Shown piece by piece: positions 1 through 12,150 of a DNA stretch of 64,000 bases. Both the position numbers and the translations under genes were made by a program. The DNA is taken from positions 64,238,441 to 64,302,440 of the forward strand of contig NC_090373.1 of assembly GCF_036365525.1 (NCBI RefSeq), in the 5' to 3' direction. The notes beneath the pieces were generated by a model. The model did no database searches. It was not told the DNA's origin and saw only the letters and a program-made list of their open reading frames with translations. Position 1 is the first letter of the stretch; every line of letters starts with the position of its first letter. Source of the DNA: Heterodontus francisci. Lineage: Eukaryota.

Positions 1-520
1 TTTAGTAGAGATTTTTAAAATTATGAAATAGAGTCCTAGAGTCATTTACGGCACAGAAGGAGTTTATTTGGCCCATCGATTCCATACCAGCTCTCGACGG
101 AGCTATGCCATCAGTCCCACTCACCCACTCGATCCCTGTATCTCTGCCAGGCTATTTCTCTCAGGTGGTCATCCAACTTCCTCTTGAAGTCATTGATTGT
201 CTCAGCTTCCACCACCCTTGTGGGCAGCAAGTTCCAGGTCATTAACACTCGCTGCATAATAAAGGGCTTCCTCATTGATAGAGTGAATTGGGGAAAATGT
301 CATCAAGACTGATTATCAATTTAAAATTGGCACTAAGCGACTGCTTGAGGAAAATAGTTAGTAGAAATTTCTTTACTCAGAAGATCATTGGGACATGAAA
401 TGCTTTGCCATATGTAAAGATTTAGGCAGAGACCACTGCATAAAGGAAACTTGAATAAGTAATTAAAGCATAGATGCAGTTGCCAAAGTGACCTCCTGCT
501 GTGCTATAAACTCTTATAGT
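1..520. mobile_element. Degraded CR1 LINE 3' fragments (plus-strand relic interrupted by a minus-strand CR1 tail at ~35-275)
   Basis: Minus-strand tail 'tagagtcatttacggcacagaagg..ggcccatc' and plus-strand 'agaaatttctttactcagaag' (RNFFTQ-like) resemble the CR1 3' ends elsewhere in the window. Confidence 0.65.
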
Positions 521-2464
521 AAGGTATAAATGTGAAATGCAACATACCGTTGGTGAGACTTTTGTTTACATGTACTACTTAGTCTTTAATTAATAAATAT
601 CACTGGCTCATGGACGCTTGAGTTTGTTAATTAAATAAAGACTAAGAAGCAGGGATGCAGGAGCTGGATTACTAGTCCAGATCCAATATTGAATCCAACC
701 TGAGACCTGCAACAGCAACTTTGGGATAAGCATGTCTATTGCCCACCCTCTCGATTCCATTGTCAATTTGAAGATGTGTCTTAGTAGAAATGGGTGGGAG
801 GTAGAGGGAAGCTTCCAAGATACTCCATAATTTATGTCAAAGTTGCCAACAATGCTGCCAGAAGTACCTATCTCTATAGAAAGCAAACATATCAACTGTT
901 CTTGGCCCCAAATTGGCCCCCTTATCCCCTGGAGTGATAAGGATCCCCCTGACATCTTGCTATTTCTGCTGGTGGGTGCCCCTATAGCCCTGCTACTGGA
1001 GCACGTACCTACCCCTAAAATGTTAAACTCATTCCAAGATTTGGGATAGTGTCATTGTGTGGACAAAGCTGCAAGCCGAAGTTGTCTTTAAGTGATGCCA
1101 CTTGTCTGACCAATTTTTTAAAAACATAAATATAATATATAATAAAGTTTACAGCAACAAAATACCAAGAATCTGTGGATAGAATCTCCCCCACTGTCAC
1201 AATAAAACACATAGGTACTATCCATGCAGTGGCAGTTATCTTTTTTCTATCCTGATCTTCCTTTGGAAAGTATTATTATAAGTTTTCTTGAACTACATCA
1301 TTCTTTGAGTATGTTCAACCAGTTTGCAAATTTCACTTCATCCATGTTACATCACACTGTTTATGTTTGGCCATTGCAGGCAAGTTGTTGGTGTTTCCTT
1401 TGAGAGGTGGGGTATCCAAGCTTGTTCTTCATTTTTATGAATTATTGAACCATAAGCTGTTCTTTTTTTCATGGAGCATTTGAGTCCCTTAACTTTGGGT
1501 TTGTGACTTATTTTCTGCACTTTAACCTTTGAGTGCAAACGTGGCTTATTTACATTAAGCTAACATAGTTGCATAACCTTATTTAATTTAATTTATTCGT
1601 GGTCTGAAAATTGAGATAAGAATATGGAAAGTGCAATTCTTCTGGCTCATCTCCTGCTTATTTAGAGCCCAAAGTGCTTAGCTCTTGCAAGCAGGACAAT
1701 TTCTCTTAACCCAGCCAGAGTGATTACTTTCAGAATTGAATAATGAACTCTTGTAAAAAAAAACTTATTTAATTGCCAGATTATCTCAACAGCTCACCTT
1801 TCCTCTAGACATATTTAGTAATAAACTATAAATTGTGGAAACCAATATTCTGGTTGTGCCACTTTTGTTTTATTATAAACTAGTTGAGTAAGAGTAAGAG
1901 TTTATTGTGACAGTTATTGATCTCTTCTTGCTTCATGAGGTATCTTAGATGCTTATGGTGATAGGACCATTTCCAGCCAATCTTAAATGACTCTGTTATG
2001 TGTTGAAATAAACAGAATAGTTTGTTCCTTAAATGGAATGCAAAATGTTAATTCCTTAACTGTAGCACTTGCTTAGTCCCAAATTGTTGAGGGACTGCAG
2101 AAGATCAGAATTTGCCCATAACAGTGCAATGTATAAACATTAGTACATTTGAAATATTACTTGATATTCTTTCAGCTGCTTGGGAGGGGGTGCGGTGAAA
2201 GTAGAAGCAATTACTGGAAGTAATCGGTGTTTCTTAACTATATTTGACACAACTGCTCAGCTAAATGTTATATTGAATGTTGTAATCAGCAGTCCACTGG
2301 AAAGGATTAGTAACCTCGAATGTGCTGAAAATTTGACTGGTAGCAATTACTATATATTTTGATTTGATATTGTAATAAGAGCTAAAGAAAATAAGTGCAG
2401 AGTGTAAAACATATGACATTTTCTTTCTGTGAAAGGTGTGAACATATTCAAATGCATGAACATT

Positions 2465-2813
2465 GGGCGGCACAGTGGCGCAGTGGTTAGCACCGCAGCC
2501 TCACAGCTCCAGGGACCCGGGTTCGATTCCGGGTACTGCCTGTGTGGAGTTTGCAAGTTCTCCCTGTGTCTGCGTGGGTTTTCTCCGGGTGCTCCGGTTT
2601 CCTCCCACAAGCCAAAAGACTTGCAGGTTGATAGGTAAATTGGCCATTATAAATTGTCACTAGTATAGGTAGGTGGTAGGGAAAGATAGGGACAGGTGGG
2701 GATGTTTGGTAGGAATATGGGATTAGTGTAGGATTAGTATAAATGGGTGGTTGATGTTCGGCACAGACTCGGTGGGCCGAAGGGCCTGTTTCAGTGCTGT
2801 GTCTCTAATCTAA
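2465..2813 (+). mobile_element. HE1-type tRNA-derived V-SINE
   Basis: A box 'tggcgcagtgg', B box 'ggttcgattcc', V-domain core 'tgtgtggagtttgc...ggtttcctcccaca', CR1-like tail 'gggccgaagggcctgtttcagtgctg' ending ctaatctaa. Near-identical copy at 34253. Confidence 0.92.
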
Positions 2814-3092
2814 CACACATATAATGCTGTGTCAGCTCTAAGCTGGACATCAAGTGGTGTATTAAACAAAATAGGAACACTTCATCTGACTCACAGCTAG
2901 GGAACTAATGGAATCTGTTACTTGCATCCCTCCTGAAGTGATGGGAAAGACAGCATTACATCTTTCGAATATGGTCAAGTGTAAAATCGCCAAAGTGCAG
3001 AATTATTGCTGTTGTCAACCATTCTCTCACTATTGACAGATGTATTAAAACTATTAACATTTTCATTGCCTGATTACCTTAAAATAATTGTT

Positions 3093-3167
3093 TGAACTTC
3101 CATAGGAAAGATATGTTTAAACACAGGGATGAACTTCCATAGGAAAGATATGTTTAAACACAGGGAT
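3093..3167. repeat. Perfect 37-bp tandem duplication (x2), probably within an old L2-like relic
   Basis: tgaacttccataggaaagatatgtttaaacacaggga occurs twice head-to-tail. The minus strand reads DHIPVFKHIFPMEVQTIILR, weakly like the L2 'HITPVL..LHWLPV..RI.FK' motif. Confidence 0.85.
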
Positions 3168-3789
3168 ATGGTCTTCAGTTTTCTAATTTCAGAGGCTATG
3201 TAGGTGAATGAGGAATTGGAGCTCAATAGGAGATAGGATAACATTTTCTGAGACTTTGTACCACTGACAGAAAACCACATACATGGGCAACGTATTGGCA
3301 AATCATGGATGTAGTCCTCACAAGCTGTAAGCAGGACAAACCATACATCAGGCACAGCTGCTTCAGCTAGATAAAGACTGAATTACCAGCCCATGGCAAA
3401 CTTGTGAGCAGAAGTCTGCCACTGTTTTGGGAGGAAACTGACAGTGCATGCAATTTGATGATGACCAGGCTGGACCTGCAATCTCTGCCACCCAATACAC
3501 GGGCCCATATTTAGAGGTAAGGAATCAGAGGGACCAGGTGACGGCATACACTTAGGGCAGATTTCTGTGCAGCCCATGTGATTGAGTGGCCCAGTATGGT
3601 TCGAGGCATGGTGGTATGCTTTGTGCAGACTGTAAGGTACTTTTAAGTCATTAGGCTTGTGCATGAGCGTCCTCTGCCAGAAAGAGAAGTAATGTAACAT
3701 TTTGGTACTTTTACATGTGTGGCTAGGTAAGAATTTTGTCTTAATTTATGATATGGGAAGTAATTTTTACTTTTGGCAATAATGTAAGA

Positions 3790-4131
3790 TGGGGTGGTAT
3801 CAGATCGGCCTTTCAATGAGGGACCCACCCCTGCCCTGCAGCCGGGAAGCAGCCACACAGTTGTTCGTGCTGTGCTTCCCGTGTGGTGACAGGGCTGCCC
3901 GACATACGGGTAATTGAGGCTGCTGCGGGAAGACGCCCTTAAATGGGGTTAATTACTCAGTTAAGGGCCTCAGCTGGCAATGGGGCAGCAAGGCCGTTCA
4001 CAGGCCTTCCCACCCTGGACTAAATTTCGGTGGAGATGGGATGGTGGCGGGTTCCCCACCACCACCATCCCACCCAATTTTATCCCCGCCCCCCTCCAAA
4101 CCTGCTGTGGGGGACAGCATAAAATTCCACC
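3790..4131. mobile_element. Partial GC-rich Harbinger-type MITE
   Basis: Ends 'taaaattccaccc'. Internal 'gggaagcagccacacagtt...aagggcctca' is shared with the MITE at 15760-16478. Confidence 0.7.
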
Positions 4132-5390
4132 CATCTTTTCTGTTCCAAGTTTTGTAATATGCAAATTTTCATTACTACATTGTTCCTGGCTATTGCAAAT
4201 TGCATTGCCTGTATAGGTCTGAACCACTTTACTGCTGCTTGCACAACACATGGATTTAATAGTTCAGGTTCTGGCACTTTGATAATTCTTATCTCTAGGG
4301 TAATAGCGGGTGATAAACTGTTTTTTAGCCCCTGTGAGACATTTGGGTTCTCCTCCTGCACTTTGGCCTTAGTTGGTTCTGAATCTAATTTTGTGGGTTT
4401 GATTAGCTTTGGATTTAGAACCTGACCATTTGATTCTTCGGCGGGCAATTCCACATTGACCTCACTTTTATTTTTCTTGTGGCTTTCACAAGTGCTGTTT
4501 ACCTTAGGACATATTACCTTCCCTTTTTCCTTTACTTCAGCGATGGGATTTTCCCCATTCTGCCCCATGTCCTCTGGGACACTACTGCTTGCAGGTAGCT
4601 GTCCGTCTTCTGCTACATTCCCCTGTGGCACTTCAGCTAGGTGAGGCATCTCCCTCACTTTTTATTTGCCTGTTTGGTAACTTTCCTTGTCCCTATTTAA
4701 ATCTTTAAAGAAGGTTTCTGATAGCCATCTGTCGTGTATTCCCTTCAACCTCTGCTGCTTTTATCTCAGCTTCTTTACTTTCCTTTGGCTCTGTCTCAGC
4801 ATCTGAATTCTACTGATTTTCCTTAAGTCTTTTTAATCTTTACTGGCTCTATCATCCCCTATGAGATTTTTCGGACTTCCTCAGCGCTCTGCAATTGTGC
4901 TTCCTCTCTTTTCAACTGAAATTCCCTTTCTTCTCTTTCCTTTTGAAGCTGAAACTCTCTCTCCTCCTTTTCCTTTTGCAATTGCATTTGTTCTCTTTTC
5001 AACTGAATTCTAGCTAGGATTATTTTCTCAGATTCAGATTTCATGCTTCCTTCTTCTGGTTCGGGGTAAGTTTAAAATGGTTAGCTAACTCCTCACTCTT
5101 TCAGGTTTCTTTGTTTTTTGTTTGAAAGTGACTCCCACCTGGGCAGCTAAGGTATTTGAATCTTCAATACTTAATTGATTTAAATTATCATGAGATATGT
5201 CTCTCTGCTCTACAAACTCATCAGCATTAAATATGGCCATGTTTTTTGTTTCTAGCACCGTAGAGAAGAAAAGAATGATATGAGAAAACCTATTTGTTCA
5301 GTTTTCCACAGATTTGCAGGTAAATTTTCCTCCCTTTTCTAAATCTCTCATTTAGTCTGATTGTTCAGAATCTCGGCACTGAGCCCTCAA
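4132..5390 (-). pseudogene. Internally deleted Gypsy-type LTR retrotransposon: PBS and gag N-terminus
   Basis: On the minus strand the LTR end ccataaca is followed by aat and 'tgagggctcagtgccgagat', resembling the tRNA-Pro PBS TGGGGGCTCGTCCGGGAT. Then MAIFNADEFVEQ... and a coiled coil RIQLKREQMQLQKEKEEREFQL (ORF 4859-5044), typical of fish Gypsy Gag. ORF 4080-4658 is a downstream fragment. Confidence 0.7.
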
Positions 5391-5392
5391 TT

Positions 5393-7227
5393 TGTTATGG
5401 ACAGTTAGTAAGGGGTATGGGTGGCTCCCACTGTTCACCTCCCAACTGACCGCAATTGTGTTTTGTTTAAAATATTGAGTTAGTTCCTGAGTGTTTTATT
5501 TGCCAAATAAACAGCCAGTGACAGGTTTAATTGTAGGTTTAAAACAGAAGATGAACTAGTCATTAAACAATAGTCAATCCCCAAAATGCTTGCAACCTCA
5601 CTGACGCACACATTCACTCACACATGCATACGCAAGAATAGATAGATAGTAAAAGGGTAAGTGGTTTAAAGTGAAATAGGTGTTTTTGGTTTACAGTAAA
5701 CATGTTGAATCTTCTAGGAAGGACAGTCTCTTTTAAAGTTTGTTACATTCAGGTGAGGAGGAGTCAAAAGGCTCCCCTCTTATCCCTCTCCTTGTTTGAC
5801 CACACCGGGGTTTATATACAGAATATACAGTGGGCAGATTTTATAAGCTCACCGCCGATCTCGGTGGCGAGCTTCAAAAATGGCGGTCCACCTGCGCAGA
5901 CGGCACATTGCAGCACTGCCGCGGTATTGAACTTTGTGGGGTGGGGGGGGGGGAATGTCAGGAGCACAAGGGAAGTGTTTTTGGTGGGGAAAGGACAAGT
6001 AATGATATTTATGGTTATGGGGGGTGGTGGTGGGAGAGATTTGGAATCACTTTATTTAATTTTTTTAAGCCACTATTTCTTTAAACGCGGAACACTGCTG
6101 GGGAGGGGGGAGCAAGTAGGTTTTTAGTGCGGGAGGGGGAAGTGGGGTCAAACTAATCTGATTGATGTAGAGGGTGGTGGGAAGGGGTAAAGTTTAAAGT
6201 TTATGACCTTTGGGAGGGGGAAGGTCGGGAGCGCAAGGGAAGGACGGGGATCTAAAGGCACGGGTGTGTCGGCCACTAGCACCAATATCATACTGGGACA
6301 GATGGCGGGAGTGGGTAAGTGATCAATTAATTTATTTTAATAAATTAACAAATGCAAATTTTGCTCCTGTCGCCGAGCAGCGTGGGGTGCTGCCACGAAG
6401 CCTCATGCCGCCGGCAATATCGGGCCAGGCCTTCCTGGCGTCAAGGCCTATGGCGGGCCTCTGCTGGAGGCATATTCTGCCCCCCCCCCCACCGCCACGA
6501 CCCCCAACGTCAGAAAGGGTGGGGGGGGTCTCTAAAATCCAGCCCAGTCTGTGGAGTCTTGTAATACAGTGGTGTTCTAGCTGAACTCATTGTCCTGAAG
6601 TTTCTGGTTGATAGAGATGGCCACCTGGTTCAGGGTTTACTTGGAGACAGTAATATAGATGGTTTTCTCCCCAGAGTCTCTGTCTGCTCAAGTCTGATAG
6701 ACTTGGATGTTTTGCAGCTCGCAGGCAGGGTTCAAAACTTACAGTGTTACTTAGAGAAAGAGAGAGAGAGTGCACTTGGGTCCTGCACTGGTTAAAACCT
6801 CCAATGCTGTCTGATGTATCTAAAAGAAACTCCAAGTTTTCACACAGATGGAGAGACTGTTACATGATTGCCCCAGTGTATCCTCTTTTGCACTTTAATG
6901 AGATTCAAGTCTGAGAATTCCAAACTCTCTCAGGTCTCATTGTTTCAGTGTTTAATCTTTGAGGGTCATCTTCACTAGTGTTAATATTCCAAGATGGCTT
7001 TGAACGTCTTGCTAATGAAGGCAATACCAGGTAGCTCATTCAAACTGTTCAAACCATTGTTCTGGATGAGGGCTATTCAGACATGCACCTCCACCTTGAT
7101 ATCTTGGAATCTGAGATCTTTCAATGCAAATTGCGGTGGTCATATCAACTGCTATTTTTTTAAAGTTGAATTTAAGTATCCAACCAATGAATTAAAAATC
7201 ATCATTCATAATAGTACATTCATGACA
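5393..7227 (-). mobile_element. 5' LTR of the Gypsy-type element (MITE inserted)
   Basis: tgttatggacag...catgaca termini adjacent to the PBS. Same terminal motifs as the solo LTR at 60792-61975. Confidence 0.7.
5832..6545. mobile_element. GC-rich PIF/Harbinger-type MITE
   Basis: TIRs gggcagatttta...taaaatccagccc; 3-bp TSD agt/agt. Confidence 0.85.
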
Positions 7228-7876
7228 AAGTGCAGGCCTGGGTGTTTGTTGTCTTGAACTTGTTGAGGTGATGTAGATTTCTGGTGATTAAGACTTCAGA
7301 CTGGAGATGGTGGTCACTTTCAAATCTCTGCTCCAGCAATTTGAAGTATAGAATTAGCAGCAGGGCTCCTTCCTTGCCTGGCTGGGTTTCTTTCCATCGC
7401 CACTGGCCAGACTGCTTTCCGTGATGTTGCTGTGATCAACCCTCTTTCTCCAGAGGGCTAGCTTTTTCAGGATTTTAGCATTTCTGTTTGTTGACACATG
7501 GTCTTCTTCCCAGGTGTGACCACACAATGGACCAGGATGTGGAATTCATGGTTATCTATTGATGTCTGGATGGGTACCATTCTGTTATGATGTGGTTACT
7601 TCACTCCTTCTTTGTTTCAGAAGAAACCCATTCAATTCAGGAATGTCTGTTGATGGTTTCAGGATGGAAATAGTTCATCCCTCTTAGTCTGGAATCTATC
7701 CTTTTGTCCTTTCGAGACAGCGAGGCAGCTTTTCAATACACAAGCTAGGTCATCTTACCTTCAGCAGCTATCTTTGCAGCAAATTATCCACTGTTTTAAA
7801 GGGAAATTTGATTTCAAAGAGTCCACATTGAATAAGGTTTGTATCTTAAAAGTTAGGAATCTGATATATCTTAACA
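7228..7876 (-). mobile_element. Partial LTR of a related family
   Basis: Composition and motifs resemble the adjacent LTR; ends 'atcttaaca'. Confidence 0.45.
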
Positions 7877-7969
7877 GGGCACGACAATACTGTCCATTGT
7901 GTTGTGTGGCATTACCACCATGCTAACTGGAATAGATTCAGAACAGATCAGGCAGCTCAAAACTAGGTA

Positions 7970-10000
7970 TCCATGAGGCACTGCGGACCCTCAACAGCAG
8001 CAGAATTGTATTTAGCCATAATCTGTCACCTCATGGTCTGGCATATCCCTCACTCTAATATTACCATCAAGCCATGGGATCAACCCTGGTTCAATAGGAG
8101 TGCAGGAGAGCATGACAGGAGCAGCACTTGGCATACCTAAAAATGAGGTGTTAATCTGGTGAAGCTATAGCTATAGGAGTACTTGCATGTGAAACAGTGG
8201 AAGCAGCACGCAATAGACAGAGCTACGTGATCCCACAACCAACGGATCAGATCTAAGCTCTGCAGTCCTGTCACATCCAGCTGTGAATGATGGTGAGCAA
8301 TTCAGCAAACAACCAGAGAAGGAGGCTCCACAAACATCCCCATCCTCAATAATGGAGCAGCCCAACATATCAGTGCAAAGGATAAGGTTGAAACATTTGC
8401 AACCATCTTCAGCCAGAAGTGCCAAATGGATCATTTATCTCAGCCTCCACCTGAGGTCCCCACGATCATAGATGCCAGTCTTCAGCCAATTCGATTCACT
8501 CCACAGTACATCAAGAAACGGCTGAAGGCACTGAATACTGCAAAGGCTATGGGCCCTGACAACACTCCAGAAATAGTACCGAAGACCTGTGCTGCAGAAC
8601 TAGTTGCGCCCCTAGCCAAGCAGTTCCAGCACATCTACAACACTGGCATCTATCTGGCAATGTGGAAAATTGCCCAGGTATGTCCTATCCACAAAAAGCA
8701 AGACAAATCCAATCCAGCCAATTACTGTCCCATCAGTCTACTCTCAATCATCAGCAAAATGATGGAAGGTGCTATCGACAGTGCTATCAAGCACCACTTA
8801 AACAGCAGTGACCTGCTAACCGATGCTCAGTTTGGGTTCCGTCAGGGCCACTCAGCTCCTGACCTCACCATCATTCAAACATGGACAAAAGATCTGAATT
8901 CAGGAGATGAAGTGAGAGTGATTGTCCTTGATATCAAGGCAGCATTTGACCGAGTGTGACATCAAGGAGCCTTAGCAAAATTGAAGTCAATGGCAATCAA
9001 GGGGAAAACTCTCCACTGCTTAGAGTCATACCTAGCACAAAGGAAGAGGGTTGTGGTTGTTGAAGGCCAATCATCTCAGCCCCAGGAGTTCCTCAGGGTA
9101 GTGTTATAGGCCCAGCCATCTTAAGCTGCTTCATCAATGACCGTCCCTCCATCATAAGGTCAGAAGTGGGGATATTCACTGATGACTGTATGATGTTCAG
9201 AACATCCGCAACTCCTTAGACGCTGAAGCAGTCTATGTCCATATGCAGCAAGACCTGGACAACATTCAGGCTTGGGGTGATAAGTAACAATTAACATTCG
9301 TGTCACACAAGTGCCAGACAATGACCTCTGAACAAGAGAGAACCTAACCATCTCCCCTTGACATTCAATGGCATTACCATCGCTTAATCTCCCACTATCA
9401 ACATCCTGGGAGTTACCATTGACCAGAAACTGAACTGGAGTAGCCATATAAATACCATGGCTACAAGAGCAGGTCAGAGCCTGGAAATTCTGTGGTGAGT
9501 AACTCACCTCTTGACTCCCCAAAGCCTCTCCACCATCTACAAGGCACAAGTCAGGAGTGTGATGGAATACTCTCCATTTGCCTGGATGACTGTGGCTCCG
9601 ACAGTACTCAGGAAGCTCGACACCATCCAGGACAAAATAGCCCGTTTGAGTGGCACCCCCTCCACGACCTTAAACATTCACTCCCTCCACCACTGACGCA
9701 CAGTGGCAGCTGTGTGTATCATCTACAAGAAGCACTGCAGCAAATCACCAAGGCTCCTTCAATAGCACCTTCCAAACCCACGACCACTTCCATCTTGAAG
9801 GACAAGGGTAGCAGACACAAGGGAACACCACCATCTACAAGTTCCCCTCCAAGCAACACACCATCCTGACTTGGAAATATATCTCCATTCCTTCACTGTT
9901 ACTGAATCAAAATCCTGGAACTCCCTCGCTAACAGCAATGTGGGTGTACCCACAATGTGGGTGGTTCAAGAAGGCAGCTCACCACCACCTTCTCACCTTC
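7970..10000 (+). mobile_element. 5'-truncated CR1-superfamily LINE (family B), degraded RT
   Basis: ORF 8426-8959 KAMGPD...NPANYCPISLLSIISK...QFGFRQGHS...LDIKAAFDRV, then GVPQGSV and FTDD remnants with stops. Homologous to 31981-33011. Confidence 0.9.
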
Positions 10001-10529
10001 TCCACGCAGTGTTCCGAGGCGAGAACCTGGTGGGGAGGGGGGAGCAATAATAATTTCAGGGCGGGAGGGGTGGAGGAGCGGGGAAATCAATTTTTATTGG
10101 ATGTGGGGATGGTGGGAAGGGGTTAGAGGCCAAATGTTGTAAGTTTAGGGGGTAAAGTCCGGGTAGGGAAAAAGGAATGTGTTGGTCATTTTGGCCATTG
10201 AAATTACCATTGGGGGGTTGGGGAAGGGCCATCCACATATTTCTTATTGTTTGAAAAAAAATTAATATCACTGCCCGTTTAAAAATTTAAAGTAATTCTA
10301 AGGGCTTAAAGCCCTCTAAAACTGGCTTTGCGCAGTGGCGCCGGTGCCGTTGCTGGGGATGTGGAGGCCACCCCTACACATCATCGGGGGCGGGCGCTCC
10401 GCCACCACGATTTAAATGAGCCCCCATGCAAAATATTGCCGGGGCTCTGTGGCGACTGCTGAATGCGGGCACCCCGCCGAGTTTAAAGGGCGCTGCCATG
10501 GGGCATGGCGCCCAAATAAAATTCAGCCC
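10000..10529. mobile_element. Partial GC-rich MITE
   Basis: Ends 'aaaattcagccc'; internal 'aagggcttaaagccct' hairpin shared with 38708-39556. Confidence 0.7.
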
Positions 10530-10962
10530 ATCATGTGGTTCTCTCAATCCTGCTTACAAAGAATGCTATCTGCCCCCTTAATTATTGAATCCCCTACAAC
10601 TACCACATTACACTTTCCCTCCTCCTAACACCCGCCTCCCCATCAACCTTTGGGCAGCCTACTGCTCCAAGATGCTGCCTGACCTGCTGAGTATTTCCAG
10701 CATTTTCTGTTTTTAATTAGGGATTTATGTTATTAAGCCTGCTCCATCCCTAAAAAGTAAAGAACTGCAAAGTGCGATCTTGTCTGGCAGTTGAACATTT
10801 TACAGTACAACAAGACAGTCAGACGTTGATCCACATATTCTGTATTATACTGAACTTTAATAAAGGATGTAGTGCTTTCTGGAACTATGATTGCATTGAT
10901 CCTTGTTTGCTTACAGTTAATATTTATGCAGAATCCAATATTCAGATTAAATTTCTAGGAAA

Positions 10963-11780
10963 ATAGGAACATAGGAGTAAGATTCAGCCCCTCAAGCCTG
11001 TTCCGCCATTCAATTAGATCATGGTTGATCTTTACTTCAATTCCATTTATCCATTTTTGTTCCATATCCCTTGGTACCCTTAGCTAACAAAAGTCTATCG
11101 ATCTTAGGCTTGAAAATTTCAATTGACCCAGCATTCACAGCCCTTGAGAGGAGAGAGTTCCATCTTTCCACTAACCTTTGTGTGTAAGTGCTTCCTGATT
11201 TCACTCCTGAATTGCCTTACTCGAATTTTAGATAGTACACCTTTCCTGGATTGCACTCTCCCCTACTCCCTCCTGATGGAAATAGTTTCTCTGTACCTAT
11301 CCTAAATAATCTGTTTATTATTTCAATGTCCTTGATCAGATTACCCCTCAACCCCTAAACTAAAAGGCATACAAATCAAATTTATGTAATATGCCCTCAT
11401 AATTTAACCCTCTAAGCCCTGTTATTATTTTAGTGATCTGTCCTGCCCCTCTTTGACCAATATATTTTTCCTGAGGTTCTATACTCTAAACAGAATACAG
11501 TACTCCAGGTGGGGTATGATCGACGCTATGTGCAAATGAATCATCATCTCCAGCCACCTTGAGATAAAAGACTAATAACCTATTCGCATTATGATTGCTT
11601 TTGCATCTGTGCACTAGCCTTTAGTGACTTATATATATGGACACCTAAATCCCTTTCCTCCTCAGCTTCTGGTCTTTTGTCATTAAAACAATATTCTGAT
11701 TTTTCTTTTTTGGATTTGAAGCGGATGACCTCACATTTCCCTATGTTGAAGTCCATGTGTCGTAGGTTTTGCATACTCAC
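10963..11780 (-). mobile_element. Degraded CR1 LINE 3' part
   Basis: Tail 'ataggaacataggagt..ttcagcccctcaagcctgttccgccattcaat'; ORF 11589-11834 has MDFNIGKCEVI...ERDLGVHI. Confidence 0.8.
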
Positions 11781-11989
11781 CTTTTCTTTGTCCCTTCCTA
11801 TGTTCCTTCCTGCTCTCTGTAATTTTATTATCATTAATTATCATTGTACATTAATTTCTAATCAGACTTGCTATCTTGGATGCTTCCTTGTAACAAATTT
11901 TGCTTGAATTAGCATTATAATGAGGCTAGGATGCATGTTTATTTCCCCCCTCACTCATGCCTGTCTGAGAACCCTATTCCACACCAGTG

Positions 11990-12150
11990 TCCCATAAACA
12001 GCCATGAAATGAATAACTAGCTAATCTGTTTTTTTGATTGGTGTTGGTTGAGGGAGGAATGTTGGCCAGGATTCCAGGATTCCCTGGTCCTCCTCAAATA
12101 GTGTTACAGGATGTTAATGTCTACATGAACCAGTGGAAAAGGCAACAGAT
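11990..12150 (-). mobile_element. Deu-domain SINE-like fragment
   Basis: 'gttggttgagggaggaatgttggccagga...ctcctcaaatagtg' resembles the DeuSINE central domain. Related pieces at ~21215-21300, ~43360-43450 and 63945-64000. Confidence 0.5.

Noticed and set aside
2465-2540. tRNA-like A and B boxes
   Set aside because: SINE head; no full cloverleaf and continuous with the V-domain.
2350-2663. Short ORFs repeated at 34204-34451 (MWEETGAPGENPRR...)
   Set aside because: Translations of the V-SINE, not genes.
3074-3355. Possible exon ending at a minus-strand AG|GTAATC donor
   Set aside because: Frame depends on the 37-bp duplication; peptide resembles an L2 relic; no partner exons.
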